Assembly: GCF_046295235.1 (NCBI RefSeq)
Contig: NZ_JBKBLV010000003.1
Location: forward strand, 39,589 to 103,588
Direction: 5' to 3'
Source of the DNA: Tabrizicola flagellatus
GTDB lineage: Bacteria > Pseudomonadota > Alphaproteobacteria > Rhodobacterales > Rhodobacteraceae
DNA: 64,000 nt
This document shows, piece after piece, positions 34,674 to 44,420 of this stretch (positions are counted from its first letter, which is position 1; every line of letters starts with the position of its first letter). The position numbers and the translations under genes are program-made. The notes under the pieces are model-generated. The model did not search any database. It was not told where the DNA came from and was given only the letters and a program-made list of their open reading frames with translations.

Positions 34674-35906
34674 TCAGGCAACCGCCTCGGCGCGATTCAG
34701 CGCACACTGCGCCCAAAGCGCATCCATCGCGCGCACCAGCCGGTCGATCTCGTCCGGCCCATGCACCGGCGAGGGAGTGAAGCGCAGGCGCTCGGTCCCC
34801 CGCGGGACGGTGGGAAAATTGATCGGCTGGACGTAGATGCCGTGGTCCTCAAGGAGCATGTCCGACAGCATCTTGCAATGCACCGGGTCGCCGACATGGA
34901 CCGGGACGATGTGGCTGCCATGGTCGATGATCGGCAGGCCCAGCGCCTTCAGCCGGGTCTTCAGGATGCGGGCCTGGGTCTGATGCTGCGCGCGCAAGGC
35001 AACCCCGCCCTCGCCCTTCAGGAACCGGACCGAGGCCGCCGCCCCCGCCGCCACCGCGGGCGGCAGGCTCGTGGTGAAGATGAAGCCCGGCGCGTACGAG
35101 CGCACCGCGTCCGCCAGCCGGGCCGAGGCCGCGATGTAGCCGCCGAAGACGCCATAGGCCTTGGCCAGCGTGCCGTTGATGATGTCCACCCGGCCCATCT
35201 GGCCGTCACGCTCGGCCACCCCTGCCCCGCGCGGGCCGTACATCCCGACGGCATGGACCTCGTCCAGGTAGGTCAGCGCGTCGAATTCCTGCGCCAGGTC
35301 GCAGATTTCCCGGATCGGGCCGAAGTCGCCGTCCATCGAGTAGATCGATTCGAAGGCGATCAGCTTCGGCGCCGCCGGGTCGTCCGCCGCCAGAAGCTCG
35401 CGCAGGTGGGCCAGGTCGTTGTGCCGGAAGATCCGCTTCGCCCCGCCGCCGCGCCGCACGCCCTCGATCATCGAGGCATGGTTCAGCGCGTCGGAATAGA
35501 TGATGAGGCCCGGAAAGATCGTCCGCAGCGTCGAAAGCGTCGCGTCGTTGGCGATATAGGCCGAGGTAAAGACCAGCGCGGCCTCCTTGCCGTGCAGGTC
35601 GGCCAGCTCGGCTTCCAGCGCCTTGTGCCAGACGGTCGTGCCGCTGATGTTGCGCGTGCCGCCCGACCCCGCGCCGGTGGCCTCCAGCGCCGCGTGCATC
35701 GCAGCCAGCACCTCGGGATGCTGGCCCATGCCGAGGTAATCGTTGCCGCACCAGACCGTGATGTCCTTCTGCGTCCCGTCCGGGCGGGTCCAGACCGCAT
35801 GGGGAAACTGGCCCTTGGCGCGCGCGATGTCGATGAAGGTGCGATAGCGCCCCTCGTCGTGCAGGCGTTGCAGGCTGGCGTCGATCGCGTCGTCGTATCT
35901 GGTCAT
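34674..35906 (-). CDS. hemA: 5-aminolevulinate synthase
   Basis: [45 protein letters not shown]. Confidence 0.97.
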   Translation of the reverse strand: MTRYDDAIDASLQRLHDEGRYRTFIDIARAKGQFPHAVWTRPDGTQKDITVWCGNDYLGMGQHPEVLAAMHAALEATGAGSGGTRNISGTTVWHKALEAELADLHGKEAALVFTSAYIANDATLSTLRTIFPGLIIYSDALNHASMIEGVRRGGGAKRIFRHNDLAHLRELLAADDPAAPKLIAFESIYSMDGDFGPIREICDLAQEFDALTYLDEVHAVGMYGPRGAGVAERDGQMGRVDIINGTLAKAYGVFGGYIAASARLADAVRSYAPGFIFTTSLPPAVAAGAAASVRFLKGEGGVALRAQHQTQARILKTRLKALGLPIIDHGSHIVPVHVGDPVHCKMLSDMLLEDHGIYVQPINFPTVPRGTERLRFTPSPVHGPDEIDRLVRAMDALWAQCALNRAEAVA

Positions 35907-35957
35907 GCGTTCCGGTTCCTTGTGCGACGGTTCTGTCCCATCCGCCGCAGGGGTGCC

Positions 35958-35971
35958 TTGATGTCGGTCAA
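35958..35971 (-). promoter_or_regulatory. FNR/FnrL-type box upstream of hemA
   Basis: TTGAT-GTCG-GTCAA, one mismatch to TTGAT-N4-ATCAA, 52-65 nt upstream of the hemA ATG. Confidence 0.75.
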
Positions 35972-36100
35972 TCGGCGCATCGGCGCCAGAAGGCGAATTG
36001 TCACTCCCTTCGTTCCAGCCCCTCTTAGCGCAGCCCGCCCGCTCTGGACAGTGCCAAGCCGCCTGCTAGGCTGCTTCCCGATCACATCCGGGAGAGTGAA

Positions 36101-37483
36101 ATGCCCACCCCGTCGCTGGACGCCGTGCTTGACCGCATCGACGAAACCCTGCCGCAGTCGCTCGACCGGCTGATGACGCTTCTTCGCATCCCCTCGATTT
36201 CGACCGACCCTGCCTACAAGGCCGACTGCGCCCGCGCGGCCGAACATCTGGCCGCCGACCTGTCCTCGCTCGGCTTCGACGCCCGCGCCGCCGCGACCCC
36301 CGGTCACCCGATGGTCGTGGCCCACGGCGGCGAAGGGCGTCGGCACCTCCTCTTCTACGGCCACTACGACGTGCAACCCGTTGATCCGCTTGAGCTCTGG
36401 CACCGCCCGCCCTTTGATCCCGAGGTGCAGGAGACGCCGAAAGGCCCCGTGATCCGCGCCCGCGGCGCCTCGGACGACAAGGGGCAGCTGATGACCTTCA
36501 TCGAGGCCTGCCGCGCGTGGAAGGACGTGCACGGGTCCCTGCCGGGCAAGCTGACGATCTTCCTGGAAGGCGAGGAGGAATCGGGCTCGCCCTCGCTCAT
36601 CCCCTTCCTCGAACAGCACCGGGACGAGCTGTCCTGCGACCTCGCGCTGATCTGCGACACGGGGCTTTACGACGAACACACCCCGGCGATCACCACCATG
36701 CTGCGCGGTCTGTGCAAGGCGGAATTCACCATCCGCGCGGCGAACCGCGACCTGCATTCCGGCATGTATGGCGGGCTGGCGCAGAACCCGCTGCACCTGA
36801 TGGCGCGGCTTCTGGCGGGCCTGCATGATTCGCAGGGCCGGGTGCAGGTGCCGGGCTTCTACGACGACGTGGACGAACTTCCCGACGCGCTGCGCCAGCA
36901 GTGGCAGGCGCTGGCCTTCGACCATGCCGCCTATCTGGCCGAGGTCGGCCTCTCGGTCCCCGCCGGCGAACAGGACCGCACGCCGCTGGAGCGCATCTGG
37001 TCGCGCCCGACCGCCGAGGTGAACGGCATGTGGGGCGGCTACACCGGGGCGGGCTTCAAGACCGTGCTGCCGTCCGAAGCCCATGCCAAGGTCTCGTTCC
37101 GCCTCGTCTCGCGCCAGGACCCCGAGAAGATCATCGCCGCCTTCAAGGCCTGGGCGGAAGGACAGATGCCCGCCGATTGCGAGATCCTCTGGCACGGCGG
37201 CAGCGACGGCGCGCCTGCGAGCGTGATGGAAATCTCCGACCCCGCCTTCGAATCAGCCCGCGCCGCACTCACCGAGGAATGGGGCAAGCCCGCCGCCTTC
37301 ATCGGCTCGGGCGGGTCGATCCCGGTCGCGGGCTATTTCAAGACCATCCTCGGGATGGACGCGATGCTGATCGGCTTCGGCAAGGATGACGACAACATCC
37401 ACAGCCCGAACGAGAAATACGACGTGGAGTCCTTCCACAAGGGCATCCGTGCCTGGGCCCGGATCCTCGCGCGGCTCGCGTGA
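36101..37483 (+). CDS. M20/M25/M40 family metallopeptidase
   Basis: YGHYDVQP, RGASDDKG, EGEEESGS, IHSPNE. Confidence 0.92.
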   Translation: MPTPSLDAVLDRIDETLPQSLDRLMTLLRIPSISTDPAYKADCARAAEHLAADLSSLGFDARAAATPGHPMVVAHGGEGRRHLLFYGHYDVQPVDPLELWHRPPFDPEVQETPKGPVIRARGASDDKGQLMTFIEACRAWKDVHGSLPGKLTIFLEGEEESGSPSLIPFLEQHRDELSCDLALICDTGLYDEHTPAITTMLRGLCKAEFTIRAANRDLHSGMYGGLAQNPLHLMARLLAGLHDSQGRVQVPGFYDDVDELPDALRQQWQALAFDHAAYLAEVGLSVPAGEQDRTPLERIWSRPTAEVNGMWGGYTGAGFKTVLPSEAHAKVSFRLVSRQDPEKIIAAFKAWAEGQMPADCEILWHGGSDGAPASVMEISDPAFESARAALTEEWGKPAAFIGSGGSIPVAGYFKTILGMDAMLIGFGKDDDNIHSPNEKYDVESFHKGIRAWARILARLA

Positions 37484-37923
37484 TGGTTGAAATACGCGAC
37501 GCAACCCCTTCGGACGAAGGGGATTTCCTGCGACTCTGGCAGGGGTTCACCGAAGGCTACAACCTCACCCTGCCGGATGGGGTGACGGCCTTCACCTGGG
37601 CGCGGCTGATGGACCCCGCCAACCCCCTGACCGCGCGGCTGGCCTGCATCGACGGCGTGCCGCAGGGCTTTGCCATCCACCAGCACCACCCCTCGACCTG
37701 GGTGATGGGCGACGACGGCTATCTGGAAGACCTCTTCGTCGCTCCCCAGGCGCGCGGACAGGGGCTTGGCCGTGCCCTGATCGAGGATCTCATCGCCATC
37801 GGCCGGGCGCGGGGCTGGCAACGGCTCTACTGGCTGACCGAGATCAGCAATACCACGGCGCGCAGGCTCTACGACAGCTTCTGCGCCGATGACGGGCACA
37901 TCCGCTACCGGATGCGGCTCTGA
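37480..37923 (+). CDS. GNAT N-acetyltransferase
   Basis: YLEDLFVAPQARGQGLG, NTTARRLY. GTGA overlap with the upstream gene. Confidence 0.9.
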   Translation: MMVEIRDATPSDEGDFLRLWQGFTEGYNLTLPDGVTAFTWARLMDPANPLTARLACIDGVPQGFAIHQHHPSTWVMGDDGYLEDLFVAPQARGQGLGRALIEDLIAIGRARGWQRLYWLTEISNTTARRLYDSFCADDGHIRYRMRL

Positions 37924-37927
37924 ACGA

Positions 37928-37953
37928 AAACGGGGGCCTGCCGGCCCCCGTTT
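37928..37953. terminator. Bidirectional intrinsic terminator
   Basis: AAACGGGGGCC-TGCC-GGCCCCCGTTT between convergent genes. Confidence 0.8.
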
Positions 37954-37976
37954 CCCGTTCCGTCGCGGATGGACGG

Positions 37977-38240
37977 TCACGACTTCTCGATGGTCACGGC
38001 GCTCGCCTCGTGCACCGCGCCCTTCATGTCCCAGATCACCGATACCTTCTCGCCCGCCTTCAGGCCGGGATCCTTGAACCCCTTGGGCAGGACGTAGCTG
38101 ACCCCGTTGTCCAGCGTCAGGGTCATGGTCTTGGCGTCGAAGCTCTTGACCATGCCCACGGTCGTCGTCGGCGCCGCGATCGCGGCCGAGCCGATGGCGG
38201 TCATCAGGACAAGGGTGGCAGGAAGGATGAAGGAACGCAT
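37977..38240 (-). CDS. DUF1344 family secreted OB-fold protein
   Basis: Signal peptide, TLTLDNG, LKAGEKVSV. Confidence 0.8.
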   Translation of the reverse strand: MRSFILPATLVLMTAIGSAAIAAPTTTVGMVKSFDAKTMTLTLDNGVSYVLPKGFKDPGLKAGEKVSVIWDMKGAVHEASAVTIEKS

Positions 38241-38446
38241 GTTCAGTCTCCGGTTTCGGCCCGCAGCGCGGGTCCGCAGTTCGGGTGTCATCCCGGTCCG
38301 TCGCGTCGGTGAGAGGTTTCACCCGGCGGACCCTGACGCCCGGCCCGTCAGATACACCCGACCGGATGTTGCGCACAGGGGGTCTCACAGAGGTGTTCCC
38401 GGCCGAAACTACCCGTGATCCGCGCAATTTTCTTGCGCCTGCGGCC

Positions 38447-38668
38447 CTAGCTCCGGACCAGCGCCATCCGCACCAGCTTGGCGATCAGCAGGAGCCATGG
38501 CGCCGCGTGCAGGGCGAGATCGAACCAGTCGATCGGCTTCACCAGCTCGCCCGCCGCCAGCATCTTCAGCTTCTCCCAGATATGCGGCTCGGGCAGGAAC
38601 GGGGCGAGGCCCAGGGTCAGGGCGGCAAGGATCAGGATCGACAGGGGGATCTGGTCAAGGAAGGCCAT
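38447..38668 (-). CDS. Small conserved membrane protein
   Basis: LGLAPFLPEPHIWEKL...DWFDLALHAAPW, two TM. Confidence 0.75.
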   Translation of the reverse strand: MAFLDQIPLSILILAALTLGLAPFLPEPHIWEKLKMLAAGELVKPIDWFDLALHAAPWLLLIAKLVRMALVRS

Positions 38669-38842
38669 GGGCAGAGGTCCGGTTCGGTCGGGCCACGCGG
38701 GCCGCGGGGTTGCAGGTGGACAGGCTATCCCTTGTGGCGCCCGGCCACCAGCCGGGAGGGGACGGTCATTCCGTCGCACAGGAAGCCACCACTGTGCGCA
38801 CCGAAACGGTCCGCATCTCCGTGAACTGTGTGTGGGCAAAGC

Positions 38843-38919
38843 TGGCGCGGTGGACGGGGCTCGAACCCGCGACCCCCGGCGTGACAGGCCGGTACTCTAA
38901 CCGACTGAGCTACCACCGC
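38843..38919 (-). tRNA. tRNA-Asp(GTC), copy 1
   Basis: 77-nt cloverleaf GCGGTGG...CTGTCAC...GGTTCGAG...CCACCGC-G-CCA. Confidence 0.97.
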
Positions 38920-38930
38920 GCGTGGCGGGT

Positions 38931-38959
38931 CAGATAGTAGGTCGCGCGGTGGGCGTCAA
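38931..38959 (-). promoter_or_regulatory. sigma70-like promoter of tRNA-Asp copy 1
   Basis: TTGACG-N17-TATCTG, 11 nt before the tRNA 5' end. Confidence 0.65.
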
Positions 38960-39214
38960 GCGGGAAAGGTGCCGGCACCGCCGCCATGTTCCGCAGGGTT
39001 GGAGCCGATGCCTGCCGAAGCCGGCGCTCCGCCCCGACGGCGAGTCGCGATCAGCGTCGCCATCGACCGGGACGACGCCGGGACCGTCTCCCGCGGCGCC
39101 AGCGTCTCCACCCGGGCGCGCCTCTTCGCCATCGGCGGGATCCAGGTCTCCGCCGCAGCACTCCCCGTGCCCGGACTCGTCTCGTGTGGACAAGAGAGGA
39201 GACGCGGAGGCGGA

Positions 39215-39290
39215 GGTTAAGAAACCCCTAACGTCCGCGATCAATGCACTGAAATCACGACGAAATCGGGAAATGTCCACCGTGGACACC
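39215..39290 (-). repeat. 76-bp dispersed element, copy 1
   Basis: Reverse complement starts GGTGTCCACGGTGGACA and ends TTAACC. About 70% identical to 40487-40562 by manual alignment. Confidence 0.8.
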
Positions 39291-39320
39291 TGCTGGGCTC
39301 GTCAACCGGTCAGGGAAGGC

Positions 39321-39397
39321 TGGCGCGGTGGACGGGGCTCGAACCCGCGACCCCCGGCGTGACAGGCCGGTACTCTAACCGACTGAGCTACCACCGC
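39321..39397 (-). tRNA. tRNA-Asp(GTC), copy 2
   Basis: Identical to copy 1, 478 bp away. Confidence 0.97.
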
Positions 39398-39408
39398 GCG
39401 TGGAGGGC

Positions 39409-39437
39409 GGGATAGACGCTTCCCCCGGGGGCGTCAA
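39409..39437 (-). promoter_or_regulatory. sigma70-like promoter of tRNA-Asp copy 2
   Basis: TTGACG-N17-TATCCC, 11 nt before the tRNA 5' end. Confidence 0.65.
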
Positions 39438-39456
39438 TGGGGGAAGCGCGGGTTTT

Positions 39457-40392
39457 TCACCGCTCGGGGGCGGGGATGAACTCCCGGTCGTCGCCGGGGG
39501 GCAGGGAGAAGCGGCCGTGCTGCCAGTCCCCGGCCCGCCAGGCCTCTTTCGCGGCCTCGATCTTCTCGCGGCTGGAGGCGACGAAGTTCCACCAGATGAA
39601 GCGGGGGCCGTCCATCGTGGCGCCGCCGAGAACCATCACGCGGGCACCCTGCGGGCCGGCCTTGACCGAGACCCGGTCGCCGGGGCGGAAGACGAGCATC
39701 CGGCCGGCCTCGAAGGTCTGGCCGGCGCAGGTGACCTCGCCGTCCAGGACGTAGACCCCCCGGTCCTCGTGGTCGTCGGGCAGCGGGATCGCCGCGCCGG
39801 GGGCGAGGCGGGCGTCGGCATAGAAGACCTCGGAAGGCATCTCGAGCCCCACCCTCTCGCCCCACGCATGGCCGAGGATCAGGCGAACCTGTTTCCCCTC
39901 GCCTTCCAGCTCGGGGAGCTGGTCCTTCCCGACATGGGCGAAGGCGGCGGCATCTTCCTCGCGGTCCTTCGGCAGGGCGAGCCAGGTCTGCAGGCCCAGC
40001 ATCGACATCGGCTGGCGCCTCGCCTCGCCGTCGGTGCGTTCGGAATGGGTGATCCCCTGGCCCGCCAGCATCCAGTTCACGGCGCCGGGTTCGATCCAGG
40101 CGTCGGTGCCGAGGCTGTCGCGGTGGTGGAGGCGGCCCTTCAGGAGGTAGGTCACGGTCCCGAGGCCAATGTGGGGATGGGGGCGGACGTCGATGCCGTC
40201 GCCGGTCAGGAACTCGGCCGGGCCCATCTGGTCGAAGAAGATGAAGGGGCCGACCATCTGCCGCTGGGCCGAGGGGAGGGCACGCCGGACCTCGAACCCG
40301 CCGAGGTCGCGGGCACGGGGGATAATCACGGTCTCGATGGCATCGACCGAGTCGCCGATCGGGATAGAGGGGTCGAGAAGCGGGTTCCACAT
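39457..40392 (-). CDS. Pirin family protein
   Basis: VGPFIFFDQMGP, RPHPHIG, HRDSLG, GITHSE, WNFVAS. Confidence 0.95.
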   Translation of the reverse strand: MWNPLLDPSIPIGDSVDAIETVIIPRARDLGGFEVRRALPSAQRQMVGPFIFFDQMGPAEFLTGDGIDVRPHPHIGLGTVTYLLKGRLHHRDSLGTDAWIEPGAVNWMLAGQGITHSERTDGEARRQPMSMLGLQTWLALPKDREEDAAAFAHVGKDQLPELEGEGKQVRLILGHAWGERVGLEMPSEVFYADARLAPGAAIPLPDDHEDRGVYVLDGEVTCAGQTFEAGRMLVFRPGDRVSVKAGPQGARVMVLGGATMDGPRFIWWNFVASSREKIEAAKEAWRAGDWQHGRFSLPPGDDREFIPAPER

Positions 40393-40486
40393 GGGCGTTC
40401 TCCTTTGCTGACAAAGGTAGGACCTGGGCGGCGGAATTTCATCCCGATCTGCCCGCGCGGAGCCTGTGCGGGGGTGAACAGGCCAG

Positions 40487-40562
40487 GGTGTCCACGGTGG
40501 ACAAACGCGGGATTTCGCTTTTATTCAATGACTTGCTTGCGGGCGTCAGGAGAATGTTAACC
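40487..40562 (+). repeat. 76-bp dispersed element, copy 2
   Basis: GGTGTCCACGGTGGACA...GATTTCG...TTAACC, inverted relative to copy 1. Confidence 0.8.
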
Positions 40563-40586
40563 CTGCCCGCAAGGCCCCTCCAGGGG

Positions 40587-40652
40587 CTCGTCGTCGCCTT
40601 CGTCGCTTCTCGCCGGGGCAGCGCCGACGAGACGCCGAAGGCGCACGAGGAG
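40587..40652. repeat. Four-heptamer palindromic repeat, copy D
   Basis: CTCGTCG-N15-CTCGCCG-N9-CGACGAG-N14-CGAGGAG. Confidence 0.78.
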
Positions 40653-40724
40653 GTCTCACACGAGGCTTGAGTTGCACGAACGAATAATATCCGATGGTCC
40701 CGGAGAATCTCGAGGAGGTGGCGC

Positions 40725-42713
40725 GTGACGGTCCGGTCTGAATTTCCCGAGGCGATCACCGAGATCGAGGACCTGGGCATCCCCCTGCCCGACGGCACCC
40801 GCCTGTCGGCCCGGATTTGGCTGCCGAAGGATGCGCACAGCCGCCCGGTTCCCGCGGTTCTGGAATACATCCCCTATCGCAAGCGCGACGGCACCCTGCC
40901 CCGCGACGAGCTGATGCATCCCTACGTCGCCGGGCATGGCTATGCCTGCGTCCGGGTGGACATCCGCGGCAACGGAGACAGCGAAGGGCTGATGGCGGAC
41001 GAATATTCGCCGCAGGAGTTGCAGGACGCCTGCGACGTGATCGCCTGGCTGGCGCGCCAACCCTGGTGCAGCGGCACGGTGGGCATGATGGGCAAGAGCT
41101 GGGGCGGGTTCAACTGCCTGCAGACGGCCTTCCTGCAACCGCCCGCGCTGAAGGCCGTCATCAGCGTCTATTCCACCACGGACCGTTTCGCCGACGACAT
41201 CCATTTCAAGGGCGGCGCGCTTCTGGGCGAGAATTTCGGCTGGGGGTCGGTGATGCTGTCCTATTCCTCGCGTCCGCCGGACCCGCTTCTGCGCAACGAC
41301 TGGCGCGAGACCTGGCTGCGGCGGCTGGAGAACCAGCCCTTCCATGCCCCCGGCTGGGCGGCGCACCAGACGCGGGACGCCTACTGGAAGCACGGCTCGA
41401 TCTGCGAGGACTGGGACCGGATGACCACGCCGATCCTCTCCATCGGCGGCTGGAACGACAATTACATGAACACGGTCGCGCATCTTATGGAGAAGGCGCG
41501 CGGGCCGGTGAAGGGGATCATCGGGCCCTGGGTGCACCAGTATCCGCACACGGCGGTGCCGGGGCCGCGGATCGGCTTCCTGCAACTCGCGATCCGCTGG
41601 TGGGACCGCTGGCTGAAGGGAGTGCAGAACGGGGCCGAGGATGATCCGGCCTGCCGCGCCTACATGCTGCATTCCGCGCCGCCGAACCCGAGTGCAAAGC
41701 ATCGGGATGGCCACTGGATAGCGGAGGCCGAGTGGCCGACGCCTCGGGTCGGCCGACAGGTGTTGCCGGTTTCGGACGCGGGCCTCGGGGTGGCGGGGGC
41801 GCTGTCCGCCAGCGTCTGCACGCCGCAGCATCTGGGGATGGCGGCGGGCGAGTTCTTCCCGATGGGGCTGAATGCCGAGATGGCGGGCGATCAGCGCACG
41901 GATGACGCGCTGTCGGTCTGTTTCGATGGCGCGCTGCTGGCCGATCCGCTGGAGCTGCTGGGGGCGGCAAGGCTGTCGCTGCGGCTGGCGTCGGACAAGC
42001 CCATGGCCGTCCTCGTGGCGCGGCTCTGCGACGTGGCGCCGGACGGGTCCTCGGTGCGGATCGCGCATGGCATCCTGAACCTCTGCCACCGCAACAGCGC
42101 CGAGGCGCCGGAACCGATGGTGCCGGGCGTGCCGGAGGACGTGGTGCTGGTGCTGGACCAGATGGGCTATCGGGTTGCGGCGGGACATCGCCTGCGGCTG
42201 GCCCTGTCCACGACCTACTGGCCCTTTGTCTGGCCCTCGCCCGAGGCCGCGACGCTGGAGATCACCGAGGCCAGTCTGGACCTGCCCGTGCATCGGGGGA
42301 CGGGAACGGAATGGGAGCCGCCACCGGCCGAGACCGCAAAGCCCTGGGCGCACCGGGTGCTGCGGCCGGGGTCGGCCAGCCGCCGGGTGGAGAGCGACCT
42401 GATTGCCGGCACCCATGCGCTGGTCGTCGCGGAGGACACGGGCGACACGGAAAACCTGGACCACGGGCTGGTCAGCGGCGAGACGACGACCGAGCGCTGG
42501 GAGATCGGCGCCGATCCCCTGTCGGCCCGGGCTGAGATCGCCTGGGAGCAGCGCCTGTCGCGCGGCGACTGGCGGGTCAGGACGCAGGTCCAGACGGTGA
42601 TGACCGCCACGGCGTCGCATCTGCGCATGCAGGCCCGCCTGACCGCCTGGGAAGGCGAGGCGCCGATGTTCCAGCGCGACTGGGACGAGGAGGTGGAACG
42701 CAAGTTTGTCTGA
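40725..42713 (+). CDS. CocE/NonD family serine hydrolase
   Basis: EYIPYRK, VRVDIRGNGDSEG, nucleophile GKSWGG, GPWVH. GTG start after GAGGAGG. Confidence 0.92.
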   Translation: MTVRSEFPEAITEIEDLGIPLPDGTRLSARIWLPKDAHSRPVPAVLEYIPYRKRDGTLPRDELMHPYVAGHGYACVRVDIRGNGDSEGLMADEYSPQELQDACDVIAWLARQPWCSGTVGMMGKSWGGFNCLQTAFLQPPALKAVISVYSTTDRFADDIHFKGGALLGENFGWGSVMLSYSSRPPDPLLRNDWRETWLRRLENQPFHAPGWAAHQTRDAYWKHGSICEDWDRMTTPILSIGGWNDNYMNTVAHLMEKARGPVKGIIGPWVHQYPHTAVPGPRIGFLQLAIRWWDRWLKGVQNGAEDDPACRAYMLHSAPPNPSAKHRDGHWIAEAEWPTPRVGRQVLPVSDAGLGVAGALSASVCTPQHLGMAAGEFFPMGLNAEMAGDQRTDDALSVCFDGALLADPLELLGAARLSLRLASDKPMAVLVARLCDVAPDGSSVRIAHGILNLCHRNSAEAPEPMVPGVPEDVVLVLDQMGYRVAAGHRLRLALSTTYWPFVWPSPEAATLEITEASLDLPVHRGTGTEWEPPPAETAKPWAHRVLRPGSASRRVESDLIAGTHALVVAEDTGDTENLDHGLVSGETTTERWEIGADPLSARAEIAWEQRLSRGDWRVRTQVQTVMTATASHLRMQARLTAWEGEAPMFQRDWDEEVERKFV

Positions 42714-42814
42714 CCCCGCATGCAGAAAACGTTTGGCGACACGCGGGGTTCGGGGTCTATTGATCGGCAAGTCAACAAAGAATCCCCGGCATGGGGACCA
42801 GTAGGGAGACGACC

Positions 42815-44410
42815 ATGAACGACAAGGTGAACCAGCTGGACTGGATGGTGGCTCAGGCGAAGGCGGGCCGGATGAGCCGGCGCGAGTTCGTCGGACGGAC
42901 GACGGCCCTGGGCGTGTCGGCGGGGCTTGCCTCGGCGCTGTTCGGCAAGGCGGTGCAGGCCCAGGCCAAGAAGGGCGGCGTGCTGCGCGCCGGCATGCAG
43001 GGCGGGGAATCGACGAACAGCCTCGACCCGGCGCTGGCCGCGTCCGAGGTGCCCTTCGCGGTCAACATGACCTGGGGCGAGATGCTGGTGGACGTGGCCC
43101 CGGACGGGTCGATCGACTACCGGATCGCCGAGGAGATCAGCTCGAACGCCGATGCGACGGAGTGGAAGTTCAAGATCCGCCAGGGGGTCGAGTTCCATGA
43201 CGGCAAGACGGTGACGGCCGAGGACGTGGTGGCCACGCTGAAGCGGCACACCGACGAGAAGAGCCAGTCGGGCGCGCTGGGCATCGTGCAGGGCATCGCC
43301 GAGATGGTGGCGGAAGGCGACATGGTGACGCTGAAGCTGGCGTCGGGCAACGCCGACCTGCCCTATCTGATGGCGGACTATCACCTGGTGATCCAGCCGG
43401 GCGGCGGCATCGACAACCCGGCCGCCGGGATCGGCGCGGGCGCCTACAAGGTGGCGGTGAACGAGCCCGGCGTCCGCCATGTGTTCGAGCGGCATCCGAA
43501 CTACTGGGATGCGGCCAATGGCGCCCATGCCGATCAGGTCGAGATCATCGTGATCAACGACAACACGGCGCGGACGGCGGCCTTGCAGTCGGGCCAGATC
43601 CACATGATGAACCGGGTCGATCCGAAGATCGTGGCGCTTCTGAAGGGTGCGCCGGGGATCACGATCGAGCATGCTCCGGGCCGGGGGCACTATGTGTTCA
43701 TCATGCATGTGGACAAGCCGCCCTTCGACAACAACGACCTGCGGATGGCGCTGAAGCTGGCGATCAACCGCAAGGAGCAGGTGGAGAAGATCCTCGGCGG
43801 GCTGGGGTCGGTCGGGAACGACTTCCCGATCAACGCCGCCTATCCGCTGTTCGACGACACGATCCCGCAGCGCGAATACGATGCGGCGGCGGCGGCGGAC
43901 TACTACAAGAAGTCCGGCCATGACGGCAGCCCGATCATCCTGCGCACTGCTCCGGGCGCCTTCCCCGGCGCGGTGGATGCGGCGAACCTCTTCGCGGCCT
44001 CGGCCAACGCGGCGGGCATCCCCCTGCAGGTGCAGCTGGAACCCGACGACGGCTACTGGTCGAACGTCTGGAACGTGCAGCCCTTCTGCGCCAGCTACTG
44101 GGGCGGGCGGCCGGTGCAGGACCAGATGTATTCGACCGCCTACCTGTCCACCGCGGAATGGAATGACACCAAGTTCAGGAACGCCAAGTTCGACGAGCTT
44201 CTGGTTGCGGCCCGGGCCGAGCTGGACGAGGGCAAGCGCAAGGCCATGTATTCGGAAATGGCCCATATCCTGCGCGACGAGGGCGGCCTGATCCTGCCGA
44301 TGTTCAACGACTGGGTCGAGGCACGGCGCGAGGAAGTCGCAGGCTGGCAGCCGGACCCGAACGGGGAACTGATGAACGGCAAGGCGCTGATCAAGTGCTG
44401 GCTGGCCTGA
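42815..44410 (+). CDS. Peptide/nickel ABC transporter substrate-binding protein (Tat-exported)
   Basis: SRREFV twin-arginine motif, family 5 SBP (IRQGVEFHDG). Alternative start at 42791. Confidence 0.92.
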   Translation: MNDKVNQLDWMVAQAKAGRMSRREFVGRTTALGVSAGLASALFGKAVQAQAKKGGVLRAGMQGGESTNSLDPALAASEVPFAVNMTWGEMLVDVAPDGSIDYRIAEEISSNADATEWKFKIRQGVEFHDGKTVTAEDVVATLKRHTDEKSQSGALGIVQGIAEMVAEGDMVTLKLASGNADLPYLMADYHLVIQPGGGIDNPAAGIGAGAYKVAVNEPGVRHVFERHPNYWDAANGAHADQVEIIVINDNTARTAALQSGQIHMMNRVDPKIVALLKGAPGITIEHAPGRGHYVFIMHVDKPPFDNNDLRMALKLAINRKEQVEKILGGLGSVGNDFPINAAYPLFDDTIPQREYDAAAAADYYKKSGHDGSPIILRTAPGAFPGAVDAANLFAASANAAGIPLQVQLEPDDGYWSNVWNVQPFCASYWGGRPVQDQMYSTAYLSTAEWNDTKFRNAKFDELLVAARAELDEGKRKAMYSEMAHILRDEGGLILPMFNDWVEARREEVAGWQPDPNGELMNGKALIKCWLA

Positions 44411-44420
44411 GGCCCGGTCC

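Noticed and set aside
38960-39214. Possible gene or pseudogene between the two tRNAs
   Set aside because: The short ORFs on both strands lack an RBS and recognisable motifs.
39217-39232. CtrA-like TTAA-N7-CTAAC in the 76-bp element
   Set aside because: It is an imperfect match, it is more degenerate in copy 2 (TTAA-N7-CTGAC), and no cell-cycle gene is adjacent.
38843-39397. tRNA-Asp duplication as attL/attR of an integrated element
   Set aside because: Both copies are full-length with their own promoters, only 401 bp lie between them, and there is no integrase.
38930-40670. Two ORFs beginning MSTVD (38930-39289 minus, 40488-40670 plus) as a small-protein family
   Set aside because: The similarity comes from the shared 76-bp DNA repeat. 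The starts are GTG inside the palindrome with no RBS, and the rest of the ORFs is unrelated.
42760-42775. TTGAT...GTCAA upstream of the ABC substrate-binding gene as an FNR box
   Set aside because: The spacer is 6 nt, not the required 4.
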